A DNA stretch of 64,000 bases. Source: an uncultured Acidobacteriota bacterium (GTDB lineage: Bacteria > Acidobacteriota > Vicinamibacteria > Vicinamibacterales > CAVVIG01). Positions within the stretch are counted from its first letter, which is position 1. The number at the start of each line of letters is the position of its first letter. Under the pieces are notes generated by a model that ran no database searches, was not told the origin of the DNA, and was given only the letters and a program-made list of their open reading frames with translations. Below, in pieces: positions 1 through 8,345 of this stretch. The DNA is taken from positions 299,603-363,602 of the forward strand of contig CAVRLS010000013.1 of the NCBI GenBank assembly GCA_963722395.1. The letters are read 5' to 3'. Position numbers and translations under genes: made by a program.

Positions 1-2
1 TC

Positions 3-1406
3 AAACGGGGCGAGGGGTTGCCCGGTCGTTCCTGGGCGGAAGGCAAACCCGTGGCCATCGCTTCCGTGCATCGCGAGCTCAACCTGCCGCGCCGGACTGC
101 AGTCGTTGCGGCTGGGTTGTCCACAGCGTTTGCGTTTCCAGTTGTGAATGCCGAAGGCGTCGCCGGCGTGCTGGAGTGTTTTGCCCAGGAGGGGCAGACC
201 TTGTCTGCGGATCTCGTCCAGGTCGCTGAGGGGGTCGGCCGTCAGGTCGGTCACTTCCTGCTGCGGAAGGCCGCTGAGGACAAGCTGGAAGAGAATCAAG
301 CGCGTTACGGTGCGATTGTGAACGGGGCGCTCGACGCCATCGTCGCTATCGACGAGTATGGCCGGGTGCTGGAGTTTAACCCGGCCGCTGAACAGATGTT
401 CGGGTACTCACGCGTCGAGGCGATCGGTCGCGACCTCGCAGAGCTGACGATTCCTGAGCGGTTCCGCGACGATCACCGCGCCGGCTTACAGCGGCAGCGT
501 CAGGCCCTGCCTTCCTCCCTCCTGGAGACGCGCGTCGAACTGACCGCCCAGCGCTGCGACCACACGGAGTTTCCCGTGGAACTCACGGTGAGCCGCGCCC
601 GCCTCCCGAGTGGTTGGGCGTTCGTCGGGTTCATGCGCGACTTGACGGAACGCCGGCAGCACGAGGAGGAGCGTGACGCCCTCCGCCGCCGTGAACGTGT
701 GGCGTTGGACCAGGCACTCACGGCCAGCGCCGCGAAGGACGCGTTCCTGGCCGCGCTGTCCCACGAACTGCGGACCCCGCTCAACGCGGTGCTTGGATGG
801 AGCCATATGATCGAGAGCGGGCTGATTGCGCCCGAGCGATGCGCCGCCACCGTGTCGAAGATACGGCGGAATGCCGAGGCGCAACTGCGCCTCATCGAGG
901 AGATGTTGGACCTGTCCGCCTTCATCGCCGGGCGGGTCAGGCTCTCGTTAGGGGCGATGCCGGTTGCAGAGGCGGTGCATGCGGCCTTCGATGCGGTGAA
1001 GCCCGCAGCAGAAGCGAAGCGACTGCGCTGGCACATGGACCTTCCCGCCGCAATGGTGCACGGGGACCGCGCGCGACTCCAGCAGGTGTTCTGGAACATC
1101 TTTGCGAACGCGGTGAAGTTCACGCCTGCTGGAGGCCTCGTTACCACGACCGCCCATGTCGGCCCCGACGAGATCACGGTGAGCATCACGGATTCAGGGC
1201 AGGGGATCCCCACCGACTTTCTGCCGTTTGTATTCGACCGATTCAGCCAGACTCAGCCCTCGGTGCATCACGGGAGTCTGGGACTTGGACTGGCGATTGC
1301 CAGGCAGATTGTGGAGGCCCACGGCGGGCGCATCTCGGCCTCGAGTGCAGGGGTTGGAGGCGGGGCCACGTTTTCCGTCAGTCTGCCCCGCACGCATCCC
1401 GACTGA
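3..1406 (+). CDS. Sensor histidine kinase, 5'-partial at window edge (GAF tail - PAS - HisKA - HATPase_c)
   Basis: Frame is open from the window start. GAF-like tail (GVAGVLECF), PAS (AIVAIDEYGRVLEFNPAAEQMFGY), H-box SHELRTPLNAVLGW, ATPase boxes (NAVKFTP, DSGQGIP, GLGLAIAR). Confidence 0.9.
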   Translation, partial: KRGEGLPGRSWAEGKPVAIASVHRELNLPRRTAVVAAGLSTAFAFPVVNAEGVAGVLECFAQEGQTLSADLVQVAEGVGRQVGHFLLRKAAEDKLEENQARYGAIVNGALDAIVAIDEYGRVLEFNPAAEQMFGYSRVEAIGRDLAELTIPERFRDDHRAGLQRQRQALPSSLLETRVELTAQRCDHTEFPVELTVSRARLPSGWAFVGFMRDLTERRQHEEERDALRRRERVALDQALTASAAKDAFLAALSHELRTPLNAVLGWSHMIESGLIAPERCAATVSKIRRNAEAQLRLIEEMLDLSAFIAGRVRLSLGAMPVAEAVHAAFDAVKPAAEAKRLRWHMDLPAAMVHGDRARLQQVFWNIFANAVKFTPAGGLVTTTAHVGPDEITVSITDSGQGIPTDFLPFVFDRFSQTQPSVHHGSLGLGLAIARQIVEAHGGRISASSAGVGGGATFSVSLPRTHPD

Positions 1407-1961
1407 CCCGCCAGGGAACTCGTCGCGACGAAGGCGCCCAGCGGGGCGGGGACTAAGGCCCTGTTTCTTGGTCGATGATCGACCAAACGCTGGCGGGGTG
1501 GCGGGTTCCTTCGGCGCGCCATACGCGAAGCAGAGCGCCTTCGGCACGTCGGCCAAGTTCTGCGCCTCGCAATACTGGCGCACGAGCGGCCCGAGCGCCG
1601 CACCGACGCGACCGTCGTAGATGACGCAGGAGTCCAGCAGCACGCTGTAGATTTTCACGAACCCCGCATTCATCGCACACCTCGCGCCATCCAACTGCCG
1701 GTCCCCACGTTCCGGCGTGCGTTCCTTTCGCAGGATGTCGCTGACGTGGCGTAGCTCTGTCCGCAGAACTGTGCGCCGCGCGTCGAGGCGCCTGCAGTTC
1801 TTAGCCCAGCCACCGCCCCAGCGCAGAACTCCGGCGGACGCATCGAACAGGCTAGCGCAGGCCCACGGTTGCTCGTCGCGTCGATGCACATATCGCAGGC
1901 AAACCAGCGACTCCGCAGCGGCCACGACGGAGTGGACAGCAACCAGCGTGCGCGTGTGCAC
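1194..1961 (-). pseudogene. Hypothetical protein remnant, probably truncated
   Basis: Only the central part (NAGFVKIYSVLLDSCVIYDGRVGAALGPLVRQYCEAQNLADVPKALCFAYG) looks protein-like. The 3' ~210 nt overlaps the kinase gene end and translates to R/G/P-rich junk. GC is locally lower by eye. Confidence 0.25.
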
Positions 1962-2041
1962 GATTCCGCACCATGCCGCGTCTGCCGTCCCCGTCCTCCA
2001 AAATCTTCCTCATTGGGAATCACAAAACGAAACGCATCGAG

Positions 2042-2463
2042 ATGCCAGAAACCTCATACGTGACCGAGGACGAACTTCAGAAACGCCTGGCTGATTATGC
2101 CGATCTACTTGCCGGCGACCAGATCGACCCCGACGTCCCCAGGAAGTGGCTGTTCGTCGGGCGCGAGGCGGGGATACCTGCCGCACCAGGAGAGTCGGAT
2201 TGGTGGAGTCTCGACCACCTGTTCATCGACCAAGATGCGATTCCAACATGTGTCGAATGCAAGCGCGCGGTGGATATCCACAACGCGAGTTCACATTCTG
2301 GTGGAAGAACCTGCCGCCGAAGGCGTGCGTGCCGCTGGCGATCTCCCAGGGGGCCTTGCTGGACCCGCGTGTACACGCTCAGTTCGTCGCCTTTCACACG
2401 AATGCGCAGCAAGTTCGGGGCATCACGCCAACCAGCAGTAGGGTTACACATAGTCAGGTATAG
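2042..2463 (+). pseudogene. PD-(D/E)XK nuclease-like (NucS/DUF4268-type) gene remnant with internal collapse
   Basis: The N-terminus MPETSYVTEDELQKRLADYADLL...WSLDHLFIDQDAIPTCVECKRA matches the D...ExK core of NucS-like proteins from memory. The frame then degenerates. A second frame (REFTFWWKNL...) may hold a C-terminal piece. Confidence 0.4.
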
Positions 2464-2545
2464 TCGACACTCCCTTCTTGCAGAGTCCTCATCCGTCCGG
2501 TGACGGAACGGCACCGCCTGTAACTGGTCCCGTTTTCGTGGAACC

Positions 2546-2947
2546 GTGTCGATGCCTCTGACCTTGTCAATCCTGGTGGTCGACGACAGCGTCGACAACC
2601 GTGAGATGCTCGGCGAATACCTCACCTACAGGGGCTTCACCGTCGCTACGGCGTCGGATGGGGCCGAGGCCCTCGCCCGCGCCGAAGAACTCCGCCCGCA
2701 CGTCGTGCTCATGGACCTCCATCTGCCTGGAACGATGGACGGGTGGGAAGCGACTCGACGGATGAAAGCGCAGCCATCCCTCAAGCACACGCCTGTCATT
2801 GCGGTGACCGCTCACGCCTACCCCGTGGACCACGAACGGGCGCTGCGCGCCGGATGTCGTGCCGTGGTGGTGAAACCGTATGACTTGCCCGCCCTGGTCG
2901 CTCGCATCCAGACCATTGTCGGTGCGACTTCATCGGTGCCTGTTTAG
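2546..2947 (+). CDS. Stand-alone response regulator receiver (CheY-like)
   Basis: LVVDDS...VLMDLHLPGTMDGWE...PVIAVTAH...VVKP gives the receiver acidic pocket, phospho-Asp, T and K positions. No output domain. Confidence 0.9.
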   Translation: MSMPLTLSILVVDDSVDNREMLGEYLTYRGFTVATASDGAEALARAEELRPHVVLMDLHLPGTMDGWEATRRMKAQPSLKHTPVIAVTAHAYPVDHERALRAGCRAVVVKPYDLPALVARIQTIVGATSSVPV

Positions 2948-3148
2948 ACCTTGGGCTGACGTTCGACCGAGAGGCGCAGGTGTGAAGTCCGAGGCCATCA
3001 CTGCGGTGCGACCTGTGTGGGCCGGCTCCCGTATCAAATCTGACGGTCCTGCGGTGCATCATCAGGCTGCAATGTTGCACACCGAACTGGGTGCTGCCCG
3101 CAGGGCTGAAGCAACGACGCGGGTCACGAGGTCGGCGAACTGGAAACG

Positions 3149-3346
3149 ATGAGCGTGTGGGACCTCACGCCGGTGGGAGACGCCGATACTGGCGAGCGGC
3201 TGTGGTTCGAGTTCATGGCGGCGGGCGAGCAGAAAGGCACCTACACCCTGAAGGGCAAGCACCACAGTGTCGAGGACGTTCACTACGTGGCGCGCGCCCA
3301 CGTTCTACCCGGCGTCCATGTGTCGTTGCTGCACAAAGTGGCATAG
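3149..3346 (+). CDS. Small hypothetical protein (65 aa)
   Basis: ORF with balanced composition (MSVWDLTPVGDADTGERLWFEFMAAGEQKGTYTLKGK...) and a weak GGAAA RBS. No recognisable family. Confidence 0.3.
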   Translation: MSVWDLTPVGDADTGERLWFEFMAAGEQKGTYTLKGKHHSVEDVHYVARAHVLPGVHVSLLHKVA

Positions 3347-3846
3347 GCCCAGCCACGCGCAAGCCCACCAGGAGAAGCGTCGTTTCACCCGTCGAGATTC
3401 ACCATAGGCGCTCGCGGTGCGGCAGCACCGATGACCGAGCGCTCCGGGCTGCTTCAGAATCCGTGCGGAAGCCCCAAGGAGCCGCTCAGGGCGCATCGAA
3501 CCGCCTCCGGCCACTCGGGCCTGCCTCCCTGTCTGCGTCGCTCTGTCGATCTCCCGGTGGCCTTCCTGAGGTCGACGTTTAGAGGCTCAGAGCGACATGG
3601 CGGACCCGGTGGTGACGATGGTGACCGCGACAGACTCAGCCCCCTGAAAAATGTAAATAGCACTGCTTCTGCATTCTCTTTTCTTGCCAGGAGGGCGCAG
3701 TAGGTCCTGACCATCGTCACCATCGGCCGGACCGTGGGCACAGAGGGCAAGCAGACGCCGAACTTTCCACCTGGTGCGCCGGCAACGCCTGGTGGAGGTC
3801 GAGCTGTCGCTGATGCAGAAGGGACCGGGAGATGGCTCTGGGTTCG

Positions 3847-4254
3847 CTACCCAGCTTCACCGTCGCTTGCGCCTGAAGAGCAGCAGAGGCGTCGGATTGC
3901 CGCCATCAAGATGTCGTAGTCGAACGGTTTGATGATGACCTCTGCGGCACCGACGTTCAGCCGGCCGAGCGGGGCGGCGGAGAGCACCACTACCGCGATG
4001 TCGCGAAGGGCGGGGTCGGCTTGCTGTTCCAGGCGGAACTGCCAGCCGTCCATGCGCGGCATCATCATGTCCAACAAGATGATGTCAGGCAGAAGAGCGC
4101 GTGCCCGCAAGTGGTCAAGGGCATCCTGACCGTCGAGGGCGACCTGCGTGTGGAAGCCCTCCAACGTCAAGATTTCAACCATCATGTGCCGGAGGTCGGG
4201 ATCGTCCTCAACCACGAGCACCTCGTGTTCACGGCGACGGGTTTCACTCAGCAC
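3847..4254 (-). CDS. Stand-alone response regulator receiver (CheY-like)
   Basis: VLVVEDDPDLRHMM...IILLDMMMPRMDGWQF...VVVLSA...IIKPF. Divergent from the kinase at 4555. Confidence 0.9.
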   Translation of the reverse strand: MLSETRRREHEVLVVEDDPDLRHMMVEILTLEGFHTQVALDGQDALDHLRARALLPDIILLDMMMPRMDGWQFRLEQQADPALRDIAVVVLSAAPLGRLNVGAAEVIIKPFDYDILMAAIRRLCCSSGASDGEAG

Positions 4255-4554
4255 AGAGGCGGTTTCAGCTCCGAAGCAGGGTGTGCGGTATGAAGCGCTG
4301 CACGGCTCGCCTCACAACGCCGTGAACTACGCACTTGCCGTGCCGCCCTCGGGCGACTCACCAAGGACGAGCAACGCGCCGCGTCAGCCGCATCCACGCC
4401 TCGCAGGCCGAGTCGCGCACAATCTAGCGTAAGCAGTGCGCGGCGCCTGTTCTGTTTTGCACAGCCCGGCGGTTTCCAGCGGAGTAACGTCGATGAACAG
4501 CGGCGCTCCTTCGTTCCTCAGCGCTCGTCAACAATCCTCAGATCGGGTTCCAAG

Positions 4555-5643
4555 GTGTTACACGACTTCATCGGCGCGCAGCGAGAGGCGATTATCGCGC
4601 GTGCCCGCGAAAAGCTGACCGCACGCCCGTGGCCCGTGGCCTCGGCCGACGAACTGCAGAACGGTGTGCCGCTCTTCCTCAAGCAACTCGGTGTGGCGCT
4701 GCAGGCCGGCCCGGACGGGGTCTCGGCGGCGACGGGCGCCATCGGTGCCGGAGCCGTCCGACACGCGGGGGACCTGCTGGCGCTCGGGTTTTCGGTGTCT
4801 CAGGTGGTCCACGACTACGGTGACATCTGCCAAGCGATCACCGAGGTGGCAATAGAGCAGAACGCCCCCATTTCGATTGACGAGTTCCGCATCCTGAACG
4901 CCAGCTTGGATACGGCCATCGCGGAAGCCGTGTCAGAGCACGGTCGCCGCACGGACGCGGTGCGGGCGGTCCACAGCGCGGAACGCGCAGGCCAAGTGGC
5001 GCACGACACCCGAGATTTATTGAACACGGCGCTGCTCGCGTATCACGCCCTCAAACGGGGCGTCGTGGCGATCAACGGCAGCACCGGCGCCGTCTTGGGG
5101 CGCAGTCTCATGGGACTGCAGGCCGTGGTCGAGAGCAGCCTCACCGAGATTCGCGTCGCCGCGCGGGAACAACGGCGCGACCGGCTGAATGTCACCGAGG
5201 TCCTCAACGGGGTAGCGGTCGCGGCCGCACTCAGGGCGGAGCTAAACGGGCAGACCTTCGTGATGGCCGTTGGTGACCCCGCGTGGGCGGTCCTGGCCGA
5301 CGAGCAGTTGCTCGCCTCGGCCATCTCGAACCTGCTGAATAACGCCTTCAAGTTTTCGCCCGACGGAGCCCAGGTGACGCTGCGTGCGCACCTCAATCCT
5401 GGTGGGCGGCTGGAACTCGACGTCGAAGATCAGTGCAGCGGTATCCCGAGTGACGACGGAGACCCGTTCCAGGCCTTCGGCAAGCAGCGGGGCGCTGACC
5501 GGACGGGGCTTGGACTCGGCCTCTCCATCGCGCGAAAGGCTGTCCGGGCGCATGGCGGCGACATTCGCATCCGCAACATGCCTGGCACCGGCTGCGTTTT
5601 TACAATCGACCTCCCGCTGGTGGCGGACGAAGTCACGACGTAA
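4555..5643 (+). CDS. Histidine kinase with RsbRD_N-like N-terminal domain
   Basis: GTG start. The N-terminus LHDFIGAQREAIIARAREKL...GFSVSQVVHDYGDICQAITEVA resembles the RsbRD N-domain. H-box-like VAHDTRDLLN. HATPase (NLLNNAFKFSP, DQCSGIP, GLGLSIARKAVRAHGG). Confidence 0.85.
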   Translation: MLHDFIGAQREAIIARAREKLTARPWPVASADELQNGVPLFLKQLGVALQAGPDGVSAATGAIGAGAVRHAGDLLALGFSVSQVVHDYGDICQAITEVAIEQNAPISIDEFRILNASLDTAIAEAVSEHGRRTDAVRAVHSAERAGQVAHDTRDLLNTALLAYHALKRGVVAINGSTGAVLGRSLMGLQAVVESSLTEIRVAAREQRRDRLNVTEVLNGVAVAAALRAELNGQTFVMAVGDPAWAVLADEQLLASAISNLLNNAFKFSPDGAQVTLRAHLNPGGRLELDVEDQCSGIPSDDGDPFQAFGKQRGADRTGLGLGLSIARKAVRAHGGDIRIRNMPGTGCVFTIDLPLVADEVTT

Positions 5644-5714
5644 AGCCGACACTTCGACCGCGACCTACCAGGTCGCGCGGTTCGCACGGGTCGCTGGGGT
5701 CCATGTGCAACGCC

Positions 5715-6041
5715 GCCATAAGTGAACGGGTGTTGCACACACCGGCCAGTCGGTACACGGCCTCAGCCCAGTGCGATCGCGGACTCGACGACCTCGAGTA
5801 TCCGTTTCACGACTGGACCGCGATCATCACAACCTGCGGCCGCATCTGCTACCAGCGGCGGAAGATCAACGTGAGTCAGGTGTTTGCGGGACAGAAGGTG
5901 GGCGTCAAGCAGGTGCAGGAGCACATCTGGCTCGTCACCTTCATGCACTCCGATTTGGGGTATTTCGACGACGAGACCTGTCGGTTGGAGCCGATCGAGA
6001 ACCCGTTCGGCCCGACACTGTTACCGATGTCTCCGGAATGA
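5715..6041 (+). mobile_element. C-terminal fragment (~105 aa) of an rve/IS481-like DDE transposase; no catalytic core present
   Basis: ...DLEYPFHDWTAIITTCGRICYQRRKINVSQVFAGQKVGVKQVQEHIWLVTFMHSDLGYFDDETCRLEPIENPFGPTLLPMSPE matches, from memory, the conserved tail of IS481-type integrase-core transposases. Homology stops about 70 nt after the kinase stop codon. Confidence 0.6.
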
Positions 6042-6065
6042 TCTGTTACCCATGTCCCCGGAATG
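6018..6065 (+). repeat. Two tandem 23-nt direct repeats (21/23 identical) at the IS-remnant end
   Basis: ctgttaccgatgtctccggaatg (6018-6040) and ctgttacccatgtccccggaatg (6043-6065). They sit 14 nt from the tRNA 3' end and are probably subterminal transposase-binding or IR sequence. Confidence 0.7.
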
Positions 6066-6079
6066 GACCTCGAAAACAT

Positions 6080-6156
6080 TGGTGCGCCCGCCGAGATTCG
6101 AACTCGGGACCCCCGGCTTAGAAGGCCGGTGCTCTATCCAACTGAGCTACGAGCGC
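6080..6156 (-). tRNA. tRNA-Arg (anticodon TCT), CCA encoded
   Basis: The reverse complement GCGCTCGTAGCTCAGTTGGATAGAGCACCGGCCTTCTAAGCCGGGGGTCCCGAGTTCGAATCTCGGCGGGCGCACCA folds as a 77-nt cloverleaf. Acceptor GCGCTCG/CGGGCGC, anticodon stem CCGGC/GCCGG with loop CTTCTAA, T-arm CCGAG-TTCGAAT-CTCGG. Confidence 0.95.
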
Positions 6157-6342
6157 GTCGATTTCAGTGTATCAGCGACCTGCCGGATCACAGGATCTCG
6201 CCATTGACGCCGGCACCGAATGGTGTTCCATCGCCCGCACACCAACGCGCCACCAGACCACCGCGAGGCACCAGATGACACCCTTCACCGTCGCGTGCCC
6301 TCGTGACGCATCTGATGACCTGAAGATTCGGCAATGGTGTTC

Positions 6343-7167
6343 CTACTTGTCGTCGTAGGCGTCGATGAAGCGGACCATGGCATCGATGTAGAGCGGCGGC
6401 GCACCGTTGCTCGAGATCGCCGTCAGGTGCGTCTTGCCGGCCAGAATCACGTTCTGGAAGACCGCCACCTCGCGCCACAGCCGCTGGGTCTTTGCGTAGG
6501 GGCTGTCGAACGCGCCGTTCACCGCCAGGATCGGCACCTGCACTGTCGTCAGATCAATTGCCAGCGGCGCCGCTGAGACCGCCGGCGTATTCGCAGGTCG
6601 CGTCTGCGCCACGCGGCCGCGGAAACGATCCATGGCTGCGGCGTCTTCGCCCTGTGCCTTCGGCAGCGCCTCGTCCATCGCCATCGCCTGCGCGCGCAAC
6701 CCGGCGTCGGTCTCCTGGATGCCCGACCCGCCGAAGCCGGCTGTGATGAAGCGCTGCGGAATCATCGCCAGCAGTTGCCCGGTGAGCCCGCCACCCATCG
6801 AGTAGCCGTGGATGTGCGCCCGCTCGATCTTCAGGTGGTCCATCAGTTCGACAATGTCCTGCGCGCGGCCGGTGCCGCCGGGCTGCGGCTTGTCGCTCTG
6901 GCCGTGGTTGCGGTTATCGAGCGCGACGATGCGGTGGGTCTTCGCCAGGACGGGAGCGATGCCGGTGCGGAACCACATGCGCTCCGCGTTGTCAGAGTAG
7001 CCGTGTATGAGGACGATCCACGAGCCCGCTGTGCCGGCCGTGAGGTAGTGGATCTTCACTCCGTCAGAAGCGGTGAAGAACGCGGACGCCGACGTTTGCG
7101 CGAACCCCGCGGTTGATACCAGCCAGATCATGGCGGCGAGCGCCGCGGTCCTGAAGGTCGTCATCAT
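6343..7167 (-). CDS. Secreted alpha/beta-fold hydrolase
   Basis: Start MMTTFRTAALAAMIWLVSTAGFAQ (signal peptide, AGGAG RBS). HGYSDN oxyanion region and nucleophile elbow GYSMGG. Confidence 0.85.
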   Translation of the reverse strand: MMTTFRTAALAAMIWLVSTAGFAQTSASAFFTASDGVKIHYLTAGTAGSWIVLIHGYSDNAERMWFRTGIAPVLAKTHRIVALDNRNHGQSDKPQPGGTGRAQDIVELMDHLKIERAHIHGYSMGGGLTGQLLAMIPQRFITAGFGGSGIQETDAGLRAQAMAMDEALPKAQGEDAAAMDRFRGRVAQTRPANTPAVSAAPLAIDLTTVQVPILAVNGAFDSPYAKTQRLWREVAVFQNVILAGKTHLTAISSNGAPPLYIDAMVRFIDAYDDK

Positions 7168-7223
7168 CGCTCGTCTCCTGTGTGGGCCTGGGTGTGGCGC
7201 GGCGGAGGAGAGTATACGGCGCT

Positions 7224-8213
7224 TCACCACGCCCGCTCCAGCGCCGCCAGCACGCGCTCGCGTCCGAACTCGCGCTCGTCGCAGAGGAACCGGACGATGC
7301 CGTCCCTGTCAGGGCCGGACGAGGTCACGGTGAAGGCGTCGGTGACGTCCGGCTTCAGATAGATCTGCCGAGCCTCGTCGATCAGCGCCGGGTCGCCAAG
7401 CGCGTCGCGAATGGCGGCCGACATCGACTCGATGCGCCCATGTTCCTGCACCAGCTTCAGCGCCTTCTTCGGACCGATGCCTTTGACACCATCGTTGAAG
7501 TCGGTGCCGACGAGCAGCGCGAGATCGATCAGGCCCTCGCGATCGATCCCCAATGTCGACAGCAGTGTCGCGAGTTCGATCGTCTCTGGCACGATGGGCC
7601 GGAACGCTCCCTGGCTGGGGAGGAACTCCTTGCCGGCAATGCCGAGGAACCTGACAAGCCGCGGCGCGCCGAAGAGCAGCGCGTCATAGTCTTTCGTTGC
7701 CGCGGCCCAGACGGCCGGCGACGTGGCGGCCATGTGCGCGGCCTGCGCCTCGCCCTCCGACGGCGCCTGCACGGTCGGCACGCCGAGCAGCCGCAGCAAC
7801 TCAGTGGCTTCGGCCACCATCGCTTTCGTCAACCTCGACGTCATGGTCGCCTTGCCGTACGCTGCGGCGGTGTCGCCGCGCGCCAGCGCCGACGCGCGTT
7901 CGTCTTCGTACCGGGCACGCGTCGCTCGTCGCCTGGCCACCTCGCGCGCCTTGAGCGCCGGCGGTGTGCCGTCGAAGATGAAGACCAGGCGGACGCCGTG
8001 CTCGGCAATCAGGCGGGTCACCCTGTAGAACAGCCCGGACAGGTGCGAGGTGATGCGGCCGGTGGAATCCTGCAGCGGCGAACCGTCGCGAAGACGGATG
8101 AGCGCAAGGAACTGATAGAGCTCGGCGTTGCCGTCCACTGCCAGCGTCCGGTCCCGCAGGTCGGACAAGGCCAGCGTCTGCTTCGTGATGATCGGTGTGA
8201 GGATGACGCCCAC
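7224..8213 (-). CDS. Flap endonuclease FEN-1 / XPG-Rad2 family nuclease (archaeal/eukaryotic type)
   Basis: MGVILTPI...LAVDGNAELYQFL...DSTGRITSHLSGLFYRV...VFIFDG...APSEGEAQAA...KDYDALLFG...VGTDFNDGVKGIGPKKALKLV. XPG-N, XPG-I and H3TH motifs are present with all acidic metal ligands. GTG start. Confidence 0.8.
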   Translation of the reverse strand: MGVILTPIITKQTLALSDLRDRTLAVDGNAELYQFLALIRLRDGSPLQDSTGRITSHLSGLFYRVTRLIAEHGVRLVFIFDGTPPALKAREVARRRATRARYEDERASALARGDTAAAYGKATMTSRLTKAMVAEATELLRLLGVPTVQAPSEGEAQAAHMAATSPAVWAAATKDYDALLFGAPRLVRFLGIAGKEFLPSQGAFRPIVPETIELATLLSTLGIDREGLIDLALLVGTDFNDGVKGIGPKKALKLVQEHGRIESMSAAIRDALGDPALIDEARQIYLKPDVTDAFTVTSSGPDRDGIVRFLCDEREFGRERVLAALERAW

Positions 8214-8345
8214 AGGCCCAGTACACGCGTGCCCGCCCCGAAACGCAACTGAGCACCGGGACCTTTGGCGATACTGCTGACCTGCAATCGCCGCTCACGC
8301 GCCTACACTGCAGTCTCAATCCGAGCCCCACCTGGAGAAAGTCCT

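Noticed and set aside
3611-3721. 12-bp perfect inverted repeat (GGTGACGATGGT / ACCATCGTCACC) separated by an 87-nt AT-richer core in a 500-nt non-coding region
   Set aside because: It could be a regulator site or a MITE-like relic. However, it is a single copy with no terminal duplication, no flanking gene to regulate within a plausible distance, and nothing else to support a call.
7182-8252. 356-aa ORF on the plus strand
   Set aside because: It is antisense to the FEN-1 gene, which has unambiguous family motifs. This ORF has none.
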